A stretch of DNA of 64,000 bases from a virus, in the IMG/VR virus record IMGVR_UViG_3300037420_000246, positions 3,642 to 67,641 of that record; one strand, given 5' to 3'. Below the pieces are notes generated by a model. It was not told the DNA's origin. It saw only the letters and a program-made list of their open reading frames with translations, and did not search any database. A program made the translations under genes and the position numbers. Shown here piece after piece: positions 17,070-26,172 of the stretch. Each line of letters opens with the position of its first letter. Position 1 is the stretch's first letter.

Positions 17070-17333
17070 TCAGTTGTCAATAAGGTTATCAATCGCTGCG
17101 AACAGTTCGCCTTGTTCTGCAACTTCCTTCGTCTGAGCCTTGTAGCGAGCAGCGAAGTATTTGTTAATGATCTTCTTGTCAAGCTTGTTCTTTTCAGATG
17201 CCTCTAGAACAATAGTCTTCAGGTCTTCTTTCAGTGCATCCATCTCGGCCTTGACACTGATGTAGCGACGGAGGCTATTGGTGAATTCAGATGCTTGGAT
17301 GGTTGCGTCATTGATGCTGATTACTTTAGTCAT
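17070..17333 (-). CDS. Hypothetical protein
   Basis: 87 aa ORF in leftward operon. Confidence 0.5.
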   Translation of the reverse strand: MTKVISINDATIQASEFTNSLRRYISVKAEMDALKEDLKTIVLEASEKNKLDKKIINKYFAARYKAQTKEVAEQGELFAAIDNLIDN

Positions 17334-17342
17334 GCTTTCTCC

Positions 17343-17534
17343 TTAGTTTACTTCTTTAACAATCATGTAACGAGTGCTAGTCAGGTATTCGTTTGCCATG
17401 TCGGTCGGGTTATCCAGCAGAATCGTTCTAGCTAGTTTATCCGGCTGGCCTTCTGGGTAGCCCTTGTCCCACACCTCCACTACAACTTTGTAATGCGAGA
17501 GGTCAGCGTTTTCGATACGTACATGTTTAGTCAT
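17343..17534 (-). CDS. Hypothetical protein
   Basis: 63 aa ORF, tightly packed in operon. Confidence 0.45.
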   Translation of the reverse strand: MTKHVRIENADLSHYKVVVEVWDKGYPEGQPDKLARTILLDNPTDMANEYLTSTRYMIVKEVN

Positions 17535-17719
17535 TAGTTGGTTTCCTTGTTCATACGTTGTGCCATAATGTGCCCTTGGTACATCTTCAGAAGCTCGTTG
17601 GAAGATACCTCCACATCTTCAAGGGCTTCGTCCATAGACAAAAAGTCGTCAGGGCTATCCTTCAGTGCTTGATAAAAATCTTTGATTGCTTGGTACAGTT
17701 CGTCACTAGTGATGTTCAT
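17534..17719 (-). CDS. Hypothetical protein (acidic, 61 aa)
   Basis: ATG at 17719 (GTATGAAC) overlapping upstream stop; track ORF extends to GTG at 17740. Confidence 0.45.
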   Translation of the reverse strand: MNITSDELYQAIKDFYQALKDSPDDFLSMDEALEDVEVSSNELLKMYQGHIMAQRMNKETN

Positions 17720-17877
17720 ACTTCCTCCATAATTTTCCACGCACGAATGTGGTCAATGTTTACGAAATGTTTGTCGTTGTTTTGGATGAAAAGAATGTTA
17801 TCCTCAGTGCCCCAATCTTTAACTTCTGTGAAACTTCTGATTGTGCCGTCCGTATAAAGAACATCGATGCTACTCAT
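17716..17877 (-). CDS. Hypothetical small protein (53 aa)
   Basis: Not in >=60-aa track; ATGA overlaps at both ends (17874-17877 and 17716-17719); MSSIDVLYTDGTIRSF... Confidence 0.35.
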   Translation of the reverse strand: MSSIDVLYTDGTIRSFTEVKDWGTEDNILFIQNNDKHFVNIDHIRAWKIMEEV

Positions 17878-18095
17878 GCCTGCACCCCTCGTTTAGCAGC
17901 ACGTTTCGCTGCACGTTGTTTCTTCAGTTCCTGCTTCTCTTTGTTCACATATGTGCCAGCGTAGGAAGAGTCCCAAAATTCCTTGCCGTACTTAAGAGCT
18001 TTGACAGCCTTGTTAGATGCTGCTCGACGGATTTTGTAATCATCGAACGATTCGTCTGCCCCGCGTTCGAGGCTAGTGTAAATTTGTTGCGTCAA
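17874..18095 (-). CDS. Hypothetical basic protein
   Basis: 73 aa, K/R-rich C-terminus. Confidence 0.5.
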   Translation of the reverse strand: MTQQIYTSLERGADESFDDYKIRRAASNKAVKALKYGKEFWDSSYAGTYVNKEKQELKKQRAAKRAAKRGVQA

Positions 18096-18194
18096 TCTAG
18101 TTCTCCTTTACGTTGTTTGTGTTGCTCACACATCTTGTGTCAACGAAGGGCATTGTACGCTTTGTTATGCCCTTCGTCAACAAGTTTCTTAAAA

Positions 18195-18446
18195 TTACTT
18201 CAGCTTGTCGTACAATTCCTGCTTCTCAAGCTTCTCCAACCAGCTAAGACCACCCGGAGCAAACAGCCTTCCCTCTACATAGAACTGAGGGACACTTCGA
18301 TGCTGCTCTCCGAGAAGGAATGCCTTAGCGTCTGCATCTTCGTCAATCTTTACCACCTCAAACGGAATGCCATAATATTCTAGAAGGGTGATAGCCTTAA
18401 CACAGGCAGGGCAGTTGTTCTTAGAGTAGATTGTTACAGTCTTCAT
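18195..18446 (-). CDS. Glutaredoxin (NrdH/Grx-like)
   Basis: MKTVTIYSKNNCPACVKA CPxC thioredoxin-fold motif; start at 18446 with SD AAGGAAG (track start 18560 would overlap RNR gene); adjacent to RNR. Confidence 0.75.
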   Translation of the reverse strand: MKTVTIYSKNNCPACVKAITLLEYYGIPFEVVKIDEDADAKAFLLGEQHRSVPQFYVEGRLFAPGGLSWLEKLEKQELYDKLK

Positions 18447-18513
18447 TTCTTCCTTACGTGGATAGTTGTAGAGATTAATTGGAGGCATCCAATCGTTCCA
18501 TGCCTCCATTGTG

Positions 18514-20394
18514 TTAGATGATTTCGCAGGCACCACCAGCACACGCACTCTCAGCAGCAAGGTCTACGGCGTTCCCGTTTTCTTCAAACACTTGCCCAAT
18601 GTCGATTCCTTCAAGAAGCGGAAGCAGAGACTCGTAGCGCTCTTTCGTAATATCCTCAAAAGGAAGTTGAGGATATGCTTCGGCCCCTGCAAAAGGCAAC
18701 ACGGAGATGCCATTGTAGTGATCCTTGTTTTCCCACATCCACTTCGTCAGTTCTGCCCATTCATCATTCTTGACAGAGATAGTACAGCTAACGTTGTGTT
18801 GATTAATGCCGGTACGATGCCCTGCTGACACCCAATTTTGAGACACATTCTTCACACGTTCCAGAAGAGAATTCATCGTCTCTGTCCTTACCGTTGCGCC
18901 ATCAGGGGCCTTCTGCGGGAAACTCAGTACAACTTGGTGGGGCACGAACACATCCTGCTCTACAAGAGACGGAGCGGCTTTCATCATATATTGTGCAAGC
19001 GCCTCATCTTTACCTGCGCGCATACGGCGGATGTAGTAGGGAGCATGCCAAGCGTGAATGCCACTCGAAGTGCCCAACACAAGCGACGTAGTACCCGCAG
19101 GTTTCACACACGTTACTCGTGCAGCCTTCTTAATACCAAGCTGTTTAGCCACAGCAGCGTTAGTATCAAGGGCGTGCTTTGCTGCTTCACTCATGTTCAA
19201 CGGTTCTACAGTGCCAGATGCAATACCAGTCATAGACACGCCCAGCAGCGCATCCTTTTCGCAAGCAATCTTCCATTTAGGATTCAAGTAGTGGAAGTCT
19301 GTATATCCTGCTTGAAGCGTGCCGATGAATGCTGCTGCTGATGCTGCTTCGTTGAAGCTTTGTTGGTCAGTGATGGCGCTTGCATTAATTTCCGAAAGAT
19401 TGCACATTTGGTACGGGCGCAAGGCAATTTCACAACATGGGTTCGTTCCCCAATCTTTGTTGTTCGTCCAATACACTCCCGGCTCTCCACAACCACTGTC
19501 TTCTACACGCTTCATCAGTTCAGCAAACTCTTCCTCAGTAACTTCCCCACGAGGCAGCACAGCAGAGTTATTAGAGCGAGCACGATACGGATGCGTCAGA
19601 TACCACTCACCGGATTTTGCAGAAAGCATTTCTTCATCATCACGATCAAACAAGCTAATCATAGCTGCACGGCGAATACCTCCTGCCAACACTGCATCTG
19701 CAATGATACAAGCCATGTCATGCACTTCAATAGGTTTCAGCTTTCGTCCGACAGCAGAACGGAGAAGCACAGTGAGCTTTTCTACACAAACTCGTAGTGG
19801 CTCTGGTCCCGGTGCTTGCCCACCAGTCGTAACCAACTCACTCCCTTTTTCCCGAATGTCCCGATAGTCAAATACAGGCAGAGTGCCCGCGTTGAAGAAT
19901 GCCTTGGCTACCACTTTAATAGCATCGCTCCAACCAATAATACTATCTTGCACTTGAAACTTGTATTCACCATCCGACTCAGGTAGTTTCACTTTAGGCA
20001 GCTTGCCTACATGACGCCTCTGCACAGAGTAGCCCATACCCGTACCGCCCAACAGCAGGAACATAAGCTCGCTGAAGAAGTGGGGAGACTCAGCAGGAGC
20101 ATACGCACAATTGAAGATACGTGCCTCATTCAATAGGATGGGACGACCACCAAATTGCAGCGAGCGCATCGACGGCAGTACACGCTTGGTATCAACAAAA
20201 TTCTTATACACGCCATGAATCTCATCAGCCATCTCTGGATACTTTTCGATGTGCATCGCTTGATTGCGAGCGCTAATCTCGATAAAGTTTTCCCGACGAT
20301 TCAGTTCAGGTACAAATTTTGCATACTTGTTAAAAACAGTAATATCCGACAGTGCTTTTTTATCCATTGATTTCATTTCCTTTTGATTGCTCAT
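18514..20394 (-). CDS. Ribonucleotide reductase catalytic chain (possibly class II/B12-dependent; no beta-subunit gene seen)
   Basis: 626 aa; NPCCEIALRPYQMCNLSEIN active-site region resembling RNR NPCGE/CNL motifs; C-terminal redox Cys pair ACAGGACEII; adjacent glutaredoxin. Confidence 0.8.
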   Translation of the reverse strand: MSNQKEMKSMDKKALSDITVFNKYAKFVPELNRRENFIEISARNQAMHIEKYPEMADEIHGVYKNFVDTKRVLPSMRSLQFGGRPILLNEARIFNCAYAPAESPHFFSELMFLLLGGTGMGYSVQRRHVGKLPKVKLPESDGEYKFQVQDSIIGWSDAIKVVAKAFFNAGTLPVFDYRDIREKGSELVTTGGQAPGPEPLRVCVEKLTVLLRSAVGRKLKPIEVHDMACIIADAVLAGGIRRAAMISLFDRDDEEMLSAKSGEWYLTHPYRARSNNSAVLPRGEVTEEEFAELMKRVEDSGCGEPGVYWTNNKDWGTNPCCEIALRPYQMCNLSEINASAITDQQSFNEAASAAAFIGTLQAGYTDFHYLNPKWKIACEKDALLGVSMTGIASGTVEPLNMSEAAKHALDTNAAVAKQLGIKKAARVTCVKPAGTTSLVLGTSSGIHAWHAPYYIRRMRAGKDEALAQYMMKAAPSLVEQDVFVPHQVVLSFPQKAPDGATVRTETMNSLLERVKNVSQNWVSAGHRTGINQHNVSCTISVKNDEWAELTKWMWENKDHYNGISVLPFAGAEAYPQLPFEDITKERYESLLPLLEGIDIGQVFEENGNAVDLAAESACAGGACEII

Positions 20395-21004
20395 TTACAA
20401 CTAATTTCTTCTTGCGTTTCTTCTTTACCACTTCTACTTCTGGATTTTTATAATCCTCTACCGTCTTAACACTTCCATCCTTCTTATACTGACTCCCACG
20501 GATATGAAACAGAATGTCTTCAAGCTGTTTAATCTGCTCCGTAATGGCGTTCTCTTCCTCTTCATATTCATTAGCATACTCAAGATGGCTCTTGTGTGAA
20601 AACCTCTCAGCTTTCTTGGCCTGTTTAGGAACATTCTCATCAAGCGCCATGTCACTACCATAAGAGACACACGCACTACTCATGGCATGTAATTGTTCAA
20701 ACAGGCTCTGATCACTATGACTTGCTGCGACTAGGACATCTTCAAGTGTGCTATATGGGCCTTTAATATGTTCCCTGCTAAGATTGTATTCTCCAGCAAA
20801 CACATAGCCAATCTTCACTTCATTCTTCAGCGTCCTATGTTGTGCTGCATAAATGTGGACAGGTTTCGTAACATCGAACCCAAGCGTTTCTAGCACAGCG
20901 TTCACCTTATCAATGTTGTCCAGATGGCACAGATCAAACTGATTCATACCTTGGAGCGTGTCTGCTAGGAGCAGATCATATGCGGAAATAACTTTACTCA
21001 TCAA
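20360..21004 (-). CDS. Hypothetical protein (acidic C-terminal coiled coil)
   Basis: 214 aa ORF between MazG-like and RNR genes. Confidence 0.5.
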   Translation of the reverse strand: MMSKVISAYDLLLADTLQGMNQFDLCHLDNIDKVNAVLETLGFDVTKPVHIYAAQHRTLKNEVKIGYVFAGEYNLSREHIKGPYSTLEDVLVAASHSDQSLFEQLHAMSSACVSYGSDMALDENVPKQAKKAERFSHKSHLEYANEYEEEENAITEQIKQLEDILFHIRGSQYKKDGSVKTVEDYKNPEVEVVKKKRKKKLVVNEQSKGNEING

Positions 21005-21417
21005 TACGCCTTCCCACCAGCAGCTTCACGATTTTCTTTCTTATGATCTGGACGCACGGCATTAAAAGCAAGCTTCTCTTCAATTGCGCCACCAAGATCA
21101 AGTCTCAGAGCACCAGCCAAATCGGCAATCCGAATCACGGCATCTGCTAGTTCCACTTCTAACATCGAACGATGTGGCAACTTATCGTCCATCAGACCTT
21201 TACGATGTCCTTCCATGCCTTCACTAACTTCGCTATGAGTGAGGCACAGTTTCTGCGCTACCAGCGCTCCAGCAAGCAACTCTTGAAAGGCGTCTTGCGG
21301 ATTGTTCACCACTTCTACAAGGTTCAGCCCCGTTTTACTGTGATGCCACCAGCCTGCACTATAGGACGCCCCGTGGCAAGTGTAAACAAGATTGTTGATG
21401 TTTGCTTTAATACTCAT
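21001..21417 (-). CDS. MazG-like all-alpha NTP pyrophosphohydrolase
   Basis: HSEVSEGMEGHRKG and EVELADAVIRIADLAGALRLDLGGAIEEKLAFNAVR resemble MazG/HisE EExxE...ExxDxL motifs. Confidence 0.5.
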   Translation of the reverse strand: MSIKANINNLVYTCHGASYSAGWWHHSKTGLNLVEVVNNPQDAFQELLAGALVAQKLCLTHSEVSEGMEGHRKGLMDDKLPHRSMLEVELADAVIRIADLAGALRLDLGGAIEEKLAFNAVRPDHKKENREAAGGKAY

Positions 21418-21624
21418 TTAGCCTCCGAATCGAGGTTCGTCAAATGCCAAATCTTTTGGCTTGTAGTAATCGTCTCCAACCCAAATCACCTCCCAGCCTT
21501 GCTGCTTGGCGAAGTTGAAAGCATTTTTACAGCGCTCCCATGTGTCATTGGCACCAGTGGGTTCTTTCATCCTATACCAACCATCCTCTAGGCCGTGCTC
21601 AAAACTAATCATTGCCTGCTTCAT
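21418..21624 (-). CDS. Hypothetical protein
   Basis: 68 aa ORF, adjacent stop/start with neighbours. Confidence 0.45.
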   Translation of the reverse strand: MKQAMISFEHGLEDGWYRMKEPTGANDTWERCKNAFNFAKQQGWEVIWVGDDYYKPKDLAFDEPRFGG

Positions 21625-21637
21625 ACACCCTCCTCAA

Positions 21638-21832
21638 TCAAACAAAACACCACTCACCATTCTTTAGCTTTTCAGCTACGTCATTATAACACAAATCCAC
21701 ACTTGCCTCACAATTCTTATAGCTTATTGTAATCGAATAGCCTTCTTGTGTGCGCTGTGCGAAATATGTGTCTGTGTCACCTTCGTAGGTTGTGGTGAAA
21801 TAGAAGCTTTCGCTCATTGGCTCATCACCCAT
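21638..21832 (-). CDS. Hypothetical protein
   Basis: 64 aa ORF. Confidence 0.4.
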   Translation of the reverse strand: MGDEPMSESFYFTTTYEGDTDTYFAQRTQEGYSITISYKNCEASVDLCYNDVAEKLKNGEWCFV

Positions 21833-22218
21833 TCAAGATGCCCAGCAAGCTCTGTAGTGACAAGCACGGGCTTTCCGATTCTAGCTGTTGCAACAAGTTC
21901 TTGCATTTGCTCGTATCTCTCCCATTCGAAACTGGACACATTGAAAGTCCACCAAAACCCACTATTACGCTCCTTAAGAATCTTAATGCACTGCTGCTCT
22001 GAGCGTGGGCCTACCTTGAAGCCGAGCTTGCGAAGAGCCTTGCGGAGCATTCCTCCCCACATAACTTCCCACACGGCTTCTTGTCGATTCTTTTCTCTTC
22101 GCTTTTCAATAAGCTTCATACCATTGAAAGCAGCCTCGTAGACGTATTCAGCAGGAAGCTCTACGAATCCGTTAATTTGTTGGGTCATATTCAATCCCAA
22201 CCCATTCGGTGTCGCCAT
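21814..22218 (-). CDS. Hypothetical protein
   Basis: 134 aa ORF in operon. Confidence 0.5.
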   Translation of the reverse strand: MATPNGLGLNMTQQINGFVELPAEYVYEAAFNGMKLIEKRREKNRQEAVWEVMWGGMLRKALRKLGFKVGPRSEQQCIKILKERNSGFWWTFNVSSFEWERYEQMQELVATARIGKPVLVTTELAGHLEWVMSQ

Positions 22219-22370
22219 CCATTTGTGCCGAAAACATCATCGCAGTCTCCCTCATCTAGCATGTCTGTAAATTTCAGCACAGTCTCAAAGAAACCATTAG
22301 CTTCTTCATCCTTTAGAGCACACCCTGCCAAAATCTTACCTAGAGCGATTCCATATTCTGTTTCAGTCAT
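22191..22370 (-). CDS. Hypothetical small protein (59 aa)
   Basis: Not in track; TAATG overlap with upstream gene at 22370; MTETEYGIALGKILAGC... Confidence 0.35.
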   Translation of the reverse strand: MTETEYGIALGKILAGCALKDEEANGFFETVLKFTDMLDEGDCDDVFGTNGWRHRMGWD

Positions 22371-22633
22371 TATTTATCCCATCCAATTTCTACAGCTTTC
22401 TCAAGGGCTTTGATGAGGTGTTTTACATCCTCTTTGCGGACAGTTGCATAATGACCATTAAGGGAGTTCTCAATATAGATAAATCGGTCGTTGACACCAA
22501 GCTCCGAATTGACAACATTGGTAATAAAATCTACCACAGCAGAGCCGTCTTCATTACAAGACGCTGCAAAATAAACTCGCGTAACTTCTCTCGATTCGCG
22601 CACATCAATACTTGCCATTGTTTTCTCCTTCAT
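22370..22633 (-). CDS. Hypothetical protein
   Basis: 87 aa ORF. Confidence 0.5.
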   Translation of the reverse strand: MKEKTMASIDVRESREVTRVYFAASCNEDGSAVVDFITNVVNSELGVNDRFIYIENSLNGHYATVRKEDVKHLIKALEKAVEIGWDK

Positions 22634-23580
22634 TTGCCATGATTCGTAAGACTGTTTTGTTTCGTATGCTCAGAAATATTCGTCCTACTCCTGTTCATCT
22701 TACCACAATCCATGCAGTTGTAGAGAGCAAATGTAGAAGCATTTGTATAGTATTTCTTATCAATCAGAGAAAGCTTCTCGCTTCCGCAGCATACACAACG
22801 CACCTTACCAGCAGGCTCATACAGAGCAACGTTAGGATGGGTCTTGCTCCAATGGCGCAGTCGCATATACACTTCTTCCAGCACCACGACATCTTGGACG
22901 TTGTACTCCAGCATCTCTTCAAACGCATCGTCGTCCATCGCCATACAACGAGTCCACAGTTCAAAGCCACTATGGCTCATCTTGCGAGGGAGGCCAAGAT
23001 ATGCGGCAATGCTGTCAAGGCTGTTGCTTGGGAATCGGAATTCAGCCTTAGCAATACGCAGCGTATCTACAATCTTAGAAGGGCTTGGAGGCGTCATGCC
23101 GAGTGCCACCATACGAGTCTTGATAAGAGGAATATCGAATTTCTGCGCATTGTGTGCTACGATTAGGTCGGCATTGCTCATCAACTCCGAAAGCTCTCGC
23201 ACCAATACTTCATCATTCCGTGCTTCATAAATACGATTAGAAACAATCGTTTCTTCACCAAGCCATTTCGCAGAGTAGGTGAGAAGGTAGCCTTCATTGA
23301 CAACCTGCTTCTGGCTCACAGTTTGATCCCACCTCCCCCACACATAAGCAGTGGTTGGAGCACATTCAATGTCCAGCAAAAGAATTTTAGCACTCTGAGG
23401 AACAGTGCCCTCTGCTGGCTCCACTTCCACTTTCTTGAATTTAAAATACTTGCGTAGATGGTCGCTAACCGTGGACTTGGCCTCTCCAATCAGTCGTGCA
23501 ATCTCTCGCCACGACATTTCAGGATGCTCGTTAGCAAGCTTCACGCTCAAAACTTTCCAATCCAATTGTTGCTCGCTCAT
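22630..23580 (-). CDS. DEDD-family 3'-5' exonuclease (DnaQ-like) with N-terminal HTH and C-terminal zinc ribbon
   Basis: Exo I LLLDIECAPT, Exo II VAHNAQKFDIPLI, Exo III YNVQDVVVLEEVY; N-terminal SWREIARLIGEAKSTVSDHLRKY HTH-like; C-terminal CVCCG...CMDCG. Confidence 0.65.
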   Translation of the reverse strand: MSEQQLDWKVLSVKLANEHPEMSWREIARLIGEAKSTVSDHLRKYFKFKKVEVEPAEGTVPQSAKILLLDIECAPTTAYVWGRWDQTVSQKQVVNEGYLLTYSAKWLGEETIVSNRIYEARNDEVLVRELSELMSNADLIVAHNAQKFDIPLIKTRMVALGMTPPSPSKIVDTLRIAKAEFRFPSNSLDSIAAYLGLPRKMSHSGFELWTRCMAMDDDAFEEMLEYNVQDVVVLEEVYMRLRHWSKTHPNVALYEPAGKVRCVCCGSEKLSLIDKKYYTNASTFALYNCMDCGKMNRSRTNISEHTKQNSLTNHGK

Positions 23581-23777
23581 TCATTCTCCTTATGAAACAG
23601 CTTATCAAATGCACTCCACCGACTACGCAACTCACTTGCAAAATCACTCTGAATGTGCGATTGCCCTACAATGTTCTGGTTGATCTTATGAAGCTCTGCT
23701 AAGATGTCCTTCAAATACGACACGATCCAGAAGATTGCAATAACCAGTGTTACGTACAATACGGTGAAATCACTCAT
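23577..23777 (-). CDS. Small membrane protein
   Basis: 66 aa, hydrophobic N-terminus VLYVTLVIAIFWIVSYL. Confidence 0.45.
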   Translation of the reverse strand: MSDFTVLYVTLVIAIFWIVSYLKDILAELHKINQNIVGQSHIQSDFASELRSRWSAFDKLFHKENE

Positions 23778-24409
23778 TCCTCCACCAATCCTTTCTTCAA
23801 TTCTTCCTTGCGCTCTTCATAACTCTGAATAAGTCTATTATGATGCTCGATGTTCTGCTCTGCAATCTTAATGCTGCTGTCAAGCTGCGCCAGTTGCTCG
23901 TTGATTTCCTTGTTGCGACGGAGTTGTTCGGCAGTGAGTGGCTTGGGTTCGTAGAGTGTCCACCAACCCCCATCAAACCTGTAGGAGATTTCAGACTCAC
24001 TGTATCGACATCCCGCACCTTCTTCTCCAATGTTCCCGTAGTGCCAACAGCGCCACTCATTGCCATCTCGGGTCATTGTGAGTTTGTCATTTCCACCAAT
24101 GGTGTTGATGAAGTGGAATACATCAGGATACTTGCTAGGCTTTTTACTTTCTTCTGCAATCACCCAGCCACCATCGCTCACACACCCCTCCACCTCATAC
24201 TTATAAGTTTCGCCCCAAGGAACCTCGTCAATCTCGTTGGCCCACCCTCGTGCCCACTTCACTTTCACAATATCTCCTTCTACTTTCGCACTGTGAGTGA
24301 AGCCGGGATTAGACCTGAGACGAAAGCTAAACTTGTTTGGCAATTTCATTGTTATTCCCTCCTTAAAATTGTTATGCACATTATACATTGAATTCTTGTT
24401 TGCTGTCAA
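23774..24409 (-). CDS. Hypothetical protein with C-terminal coiled coil
   Basis: 211 aa ORF; Trp/Gly-rich core, K/E-rich C-terminal helix. Confidence 0.5.
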   Translation of the reverse strand: MTANKNSMYNVHNNFKEGITMKLPNKFSFRLRSNPGFTHSAKVEGDIVKVKWARGWANEIDEVPWGETYKYEVEGCVSDGGWVIAEESKKPSKYPDVFHFINTIGGNDKLTMTRDGNEWRCWHYGNIGEEGAGCRYSESEISYRFDGGWWTLYEPKPLTAEQLRRNKEINEQLAQLDSSIKIAEQNIEHHNRLIQSYEERKEELKKGLVEE

Positions 24410-24975
24410 GAGGCGTTTCGTAAGATTTCCTCTAAAGCTTTCTTCCTCTTTGCAGCGTTCGATAGATTATTATATCCGTGCTGCTCTAGAAGAGCAAGAA
24501 GTTCTTCCTTGTTTTCCTTCTTCATAAGACGGATAACTTCTTTATCTATCTTAGCGTCCTCAAAACTCATCTTGGGGTGTTTCTGCATGTGAGAGACGAC
24601 CGCATGGCATGACTTACACAAGCAGCGCATGTCTGCGTAAGTGAGCATAAACAGGTGTCTTGCATACTTCTCGACATCATCCATGTTCCTGAGAGTGCTG
24701 CTGTCTCCGATATGATCTACTTCAATGTCTCCCTGTACATGAGGGGCACCACACAACTCGCAGTCAATGCCCCATATCATCGCATGATTGCTGGAGAACT
24801 TCTCTTTCGGGTTAGGAATCTTACGTCGCTTGGATTGCTTGTACAAGTGCTTCAATGGGTACTTAGACCACCCTTTTCTCAGAACTCCACGAACCCACGT
24901 AATGAACTTAGATTCGCTTCCCCAAGGGTTGTTTGGTTCTTCCCAAGGCTTTGCGTCTTTACGGCCTGTAGACAT
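24406..24975 (-). CDS. HNH homing endonuclease
   Basis: CELCGAPHVQGDIEVDHIGDSSTLRNMDDVEKYARHLFMLTYADMRCLCKSCHAVV contains the HNH C..C...(E)VDH...N...C..CH signature. Confidence 0.7.
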   Translation of the reverse strand: MSTGRKDAKPWEEPNNPWGSESKFITWVRGVLRKGWSKYPLKHLYKQSKRRKIPNPKEKFSSNHAMIWGIDCELCGAPHVQGDIEVDHIGDSSTLRNMDDVEKYARHLFMLTYADMRCLCKSCHAVVSHMQKHPKMSFEDAKIDKEVIRLMKKENKEELLALLEQHGYNNLSNAAKRKKALEEILRNAS

Positions 24976-25156
24976 AGCCCTCCGATTCGTTAAGAAACTT
25001 CGTTATCTTGTATGCCACCTCTTGTGAATATGCCGTGCAGATGATTTTCCCACACCCCTCAATTGAGGTGTCCTTAATATTGTAAAAATCGCTGCTGTAT
25101 GGTGTCACTAACACAGGCATGTATTTTACGGGGAAGGACTTTTGTTCTTCACTCAT
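24959..25156 (-). CDS. Hypothetical protein
   Basis: 65 aa ORF. Confidence 0.4.
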   Translation of the reverse strand: MSEEQKSFPVKYMPVLVTPYSSDFYNIKDTSIEGCGKIICTAYSQEVAYKITKFLNESEGYVYRP

Positions 25157-26109
25157 AGCTTAATCTCCAGTTTGTCTAAAAGCTTCTTCGTATCAAACAC
25201 ATCATCTTCAAAACGTTTCATGTGAGCACAAGCAGCATACATATCCATAATCTCAATAACACTCTTAGTATGCTCTGTGCCCTCCCATGCCGTGTAGGTA
25301 GTAGGCTCGGGATACCAAATCTTGTACTGATTGTACACTGCCTCAACACACTCCTTGTCGGTCTTGCAATCTTTAAGGAGGTTGTACATAGCAACTACAC
25401 CAAACTTTTTCTTTGCAAGCTCACACGGTTTAAAACAGTCCGTCGCATCCCCAAGTACCCATTGCGCATAGTAAAACTTGCGTCCGTAACCATCAAAGTC
25501 TTTATTATCCTTAACAAGCTCGATTTCACCAAGACCTGTAACAAGCTTAGGCTCGCGCATCTTAGTCCAATTGTACATCCACCCTGCCACTCCTTGTTGG
25601 TCGCCGTCGATGGTAACTGCAACAGTTTTAATCTTCTGCTGCAAACCTTCGTAACAACGTTGAGCAAGCATATCGTCAACCTCTCTGCCATGTACAATTT
25701 TTGCCTTGTATTTCTTTACAAGATACTCTCGGCAATCACTCAGTTGAAGCGGCTTGATTCCAGTACGATTGCTTTTGTACTTTGTAGGCAGCGGCAGGCT
25801 GTCTCTAAAGTTATCATCTCCGCTAACATAAACTTCGTAAGAACTCGCATCACATGATTTCATCCAAGCTTCTATGCAAGTGTTAATTGCATGGTATGCG
25901 TGACTGATATCCTCACAGGTTTGTACGTCTTCTACATCAAATTCGTCTACCTCAAAACTCCCACGAATGTGTTCTTTAAAGGCTGTTCGATGGGCGTGCT
26001 GCGTTTGCTGGCCTGTTACTTTGTGTGTTACGCGAATGCTGCGTGATTCATTGGCTGCTGCGCAGCGGAAGCTGAGAATGTCACCATCTATGATAAGAAT
26101 TGTTTTCAT
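25153..26109 (-). CDS. 5'-3' exonuclease / flap endonuclease (FEN, RNase H-like)
   Basis: N-terminal MKTILIIDGDILSFRCAAA resembles the LLLVDGSSLAFRA PIN-like motif of 5'-3' exonucleases; VLGDATDCFKPCELAKKKFGVVAM resembles GDxxDNIPGV helix-hairpin-helix region; start at 26109 with SD AAGGAGA. Confidence 0.55.
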   Translation of the reverse strand: MKTILIIDGDILSFRCAAANESRSIRVTHKVTGQQTQHAHRTAFKEHIRGSFEVDEFDVEDVQTCEDISHAYHAINTCIEAWMKSCDASSYEVYVSGDDNFRDSLPLPTKYKSNRTGIKPLQLSDCREYLVKKYKAKIVHGREVDDMLAQRCYEGLQQKIKTVAVTIDGDQQGVAGWMYNWTKMREPKLVTGLGEIELVKDNKDFDGYGRKFYYAQWVLGDATDCFKPCELAKKKFGVVAMYNLLKDCKTDKECVEAVYNQYKIWYPEPTTYTAWEGTEHTKSVIEIMDMYAACAHMKRFEDDVFDTKKLLDKLEIKL

Positions 26110-26123
26110 CGCTCTCCTTAAAC

Positions 26124-26155
26124 ACAAAACCCTGACTCCCTTTCGAGAATCAGGG
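26124..26155 (-). terminator. Rho-independent terminator downstream of SSB-like gene (minus strand)
   Basis: Minus-strand CCCTGA-(loop)-TCAGGG hairpin followed by TTTTGTGTTT. Confidence 0.45.
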
Positions 26156-26172
26156 CGATAAATTAAATTACA

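Noticed and set aside
18480-18508. Perfect 9-bp hairpin (TGGAGGCAT…ATGCCTCCA) between the RNR and glutaredoxin genes, considered as a terminator
   Set aside because: Not followed by a U-tract on the transcribed (minus) strand. More likely an intercistronic RNA structure or processing site than a terminator.
18514-20394. Assigning the RNR definitively to class II (NrdJ)
   Set aside because: The C-terminal C-x4-C tail (ACAGGACEII) also resembles class I NrdA, and a beta subunit could lie outside the window. It is kept as the RNR catalytic chain with class II only suspected.
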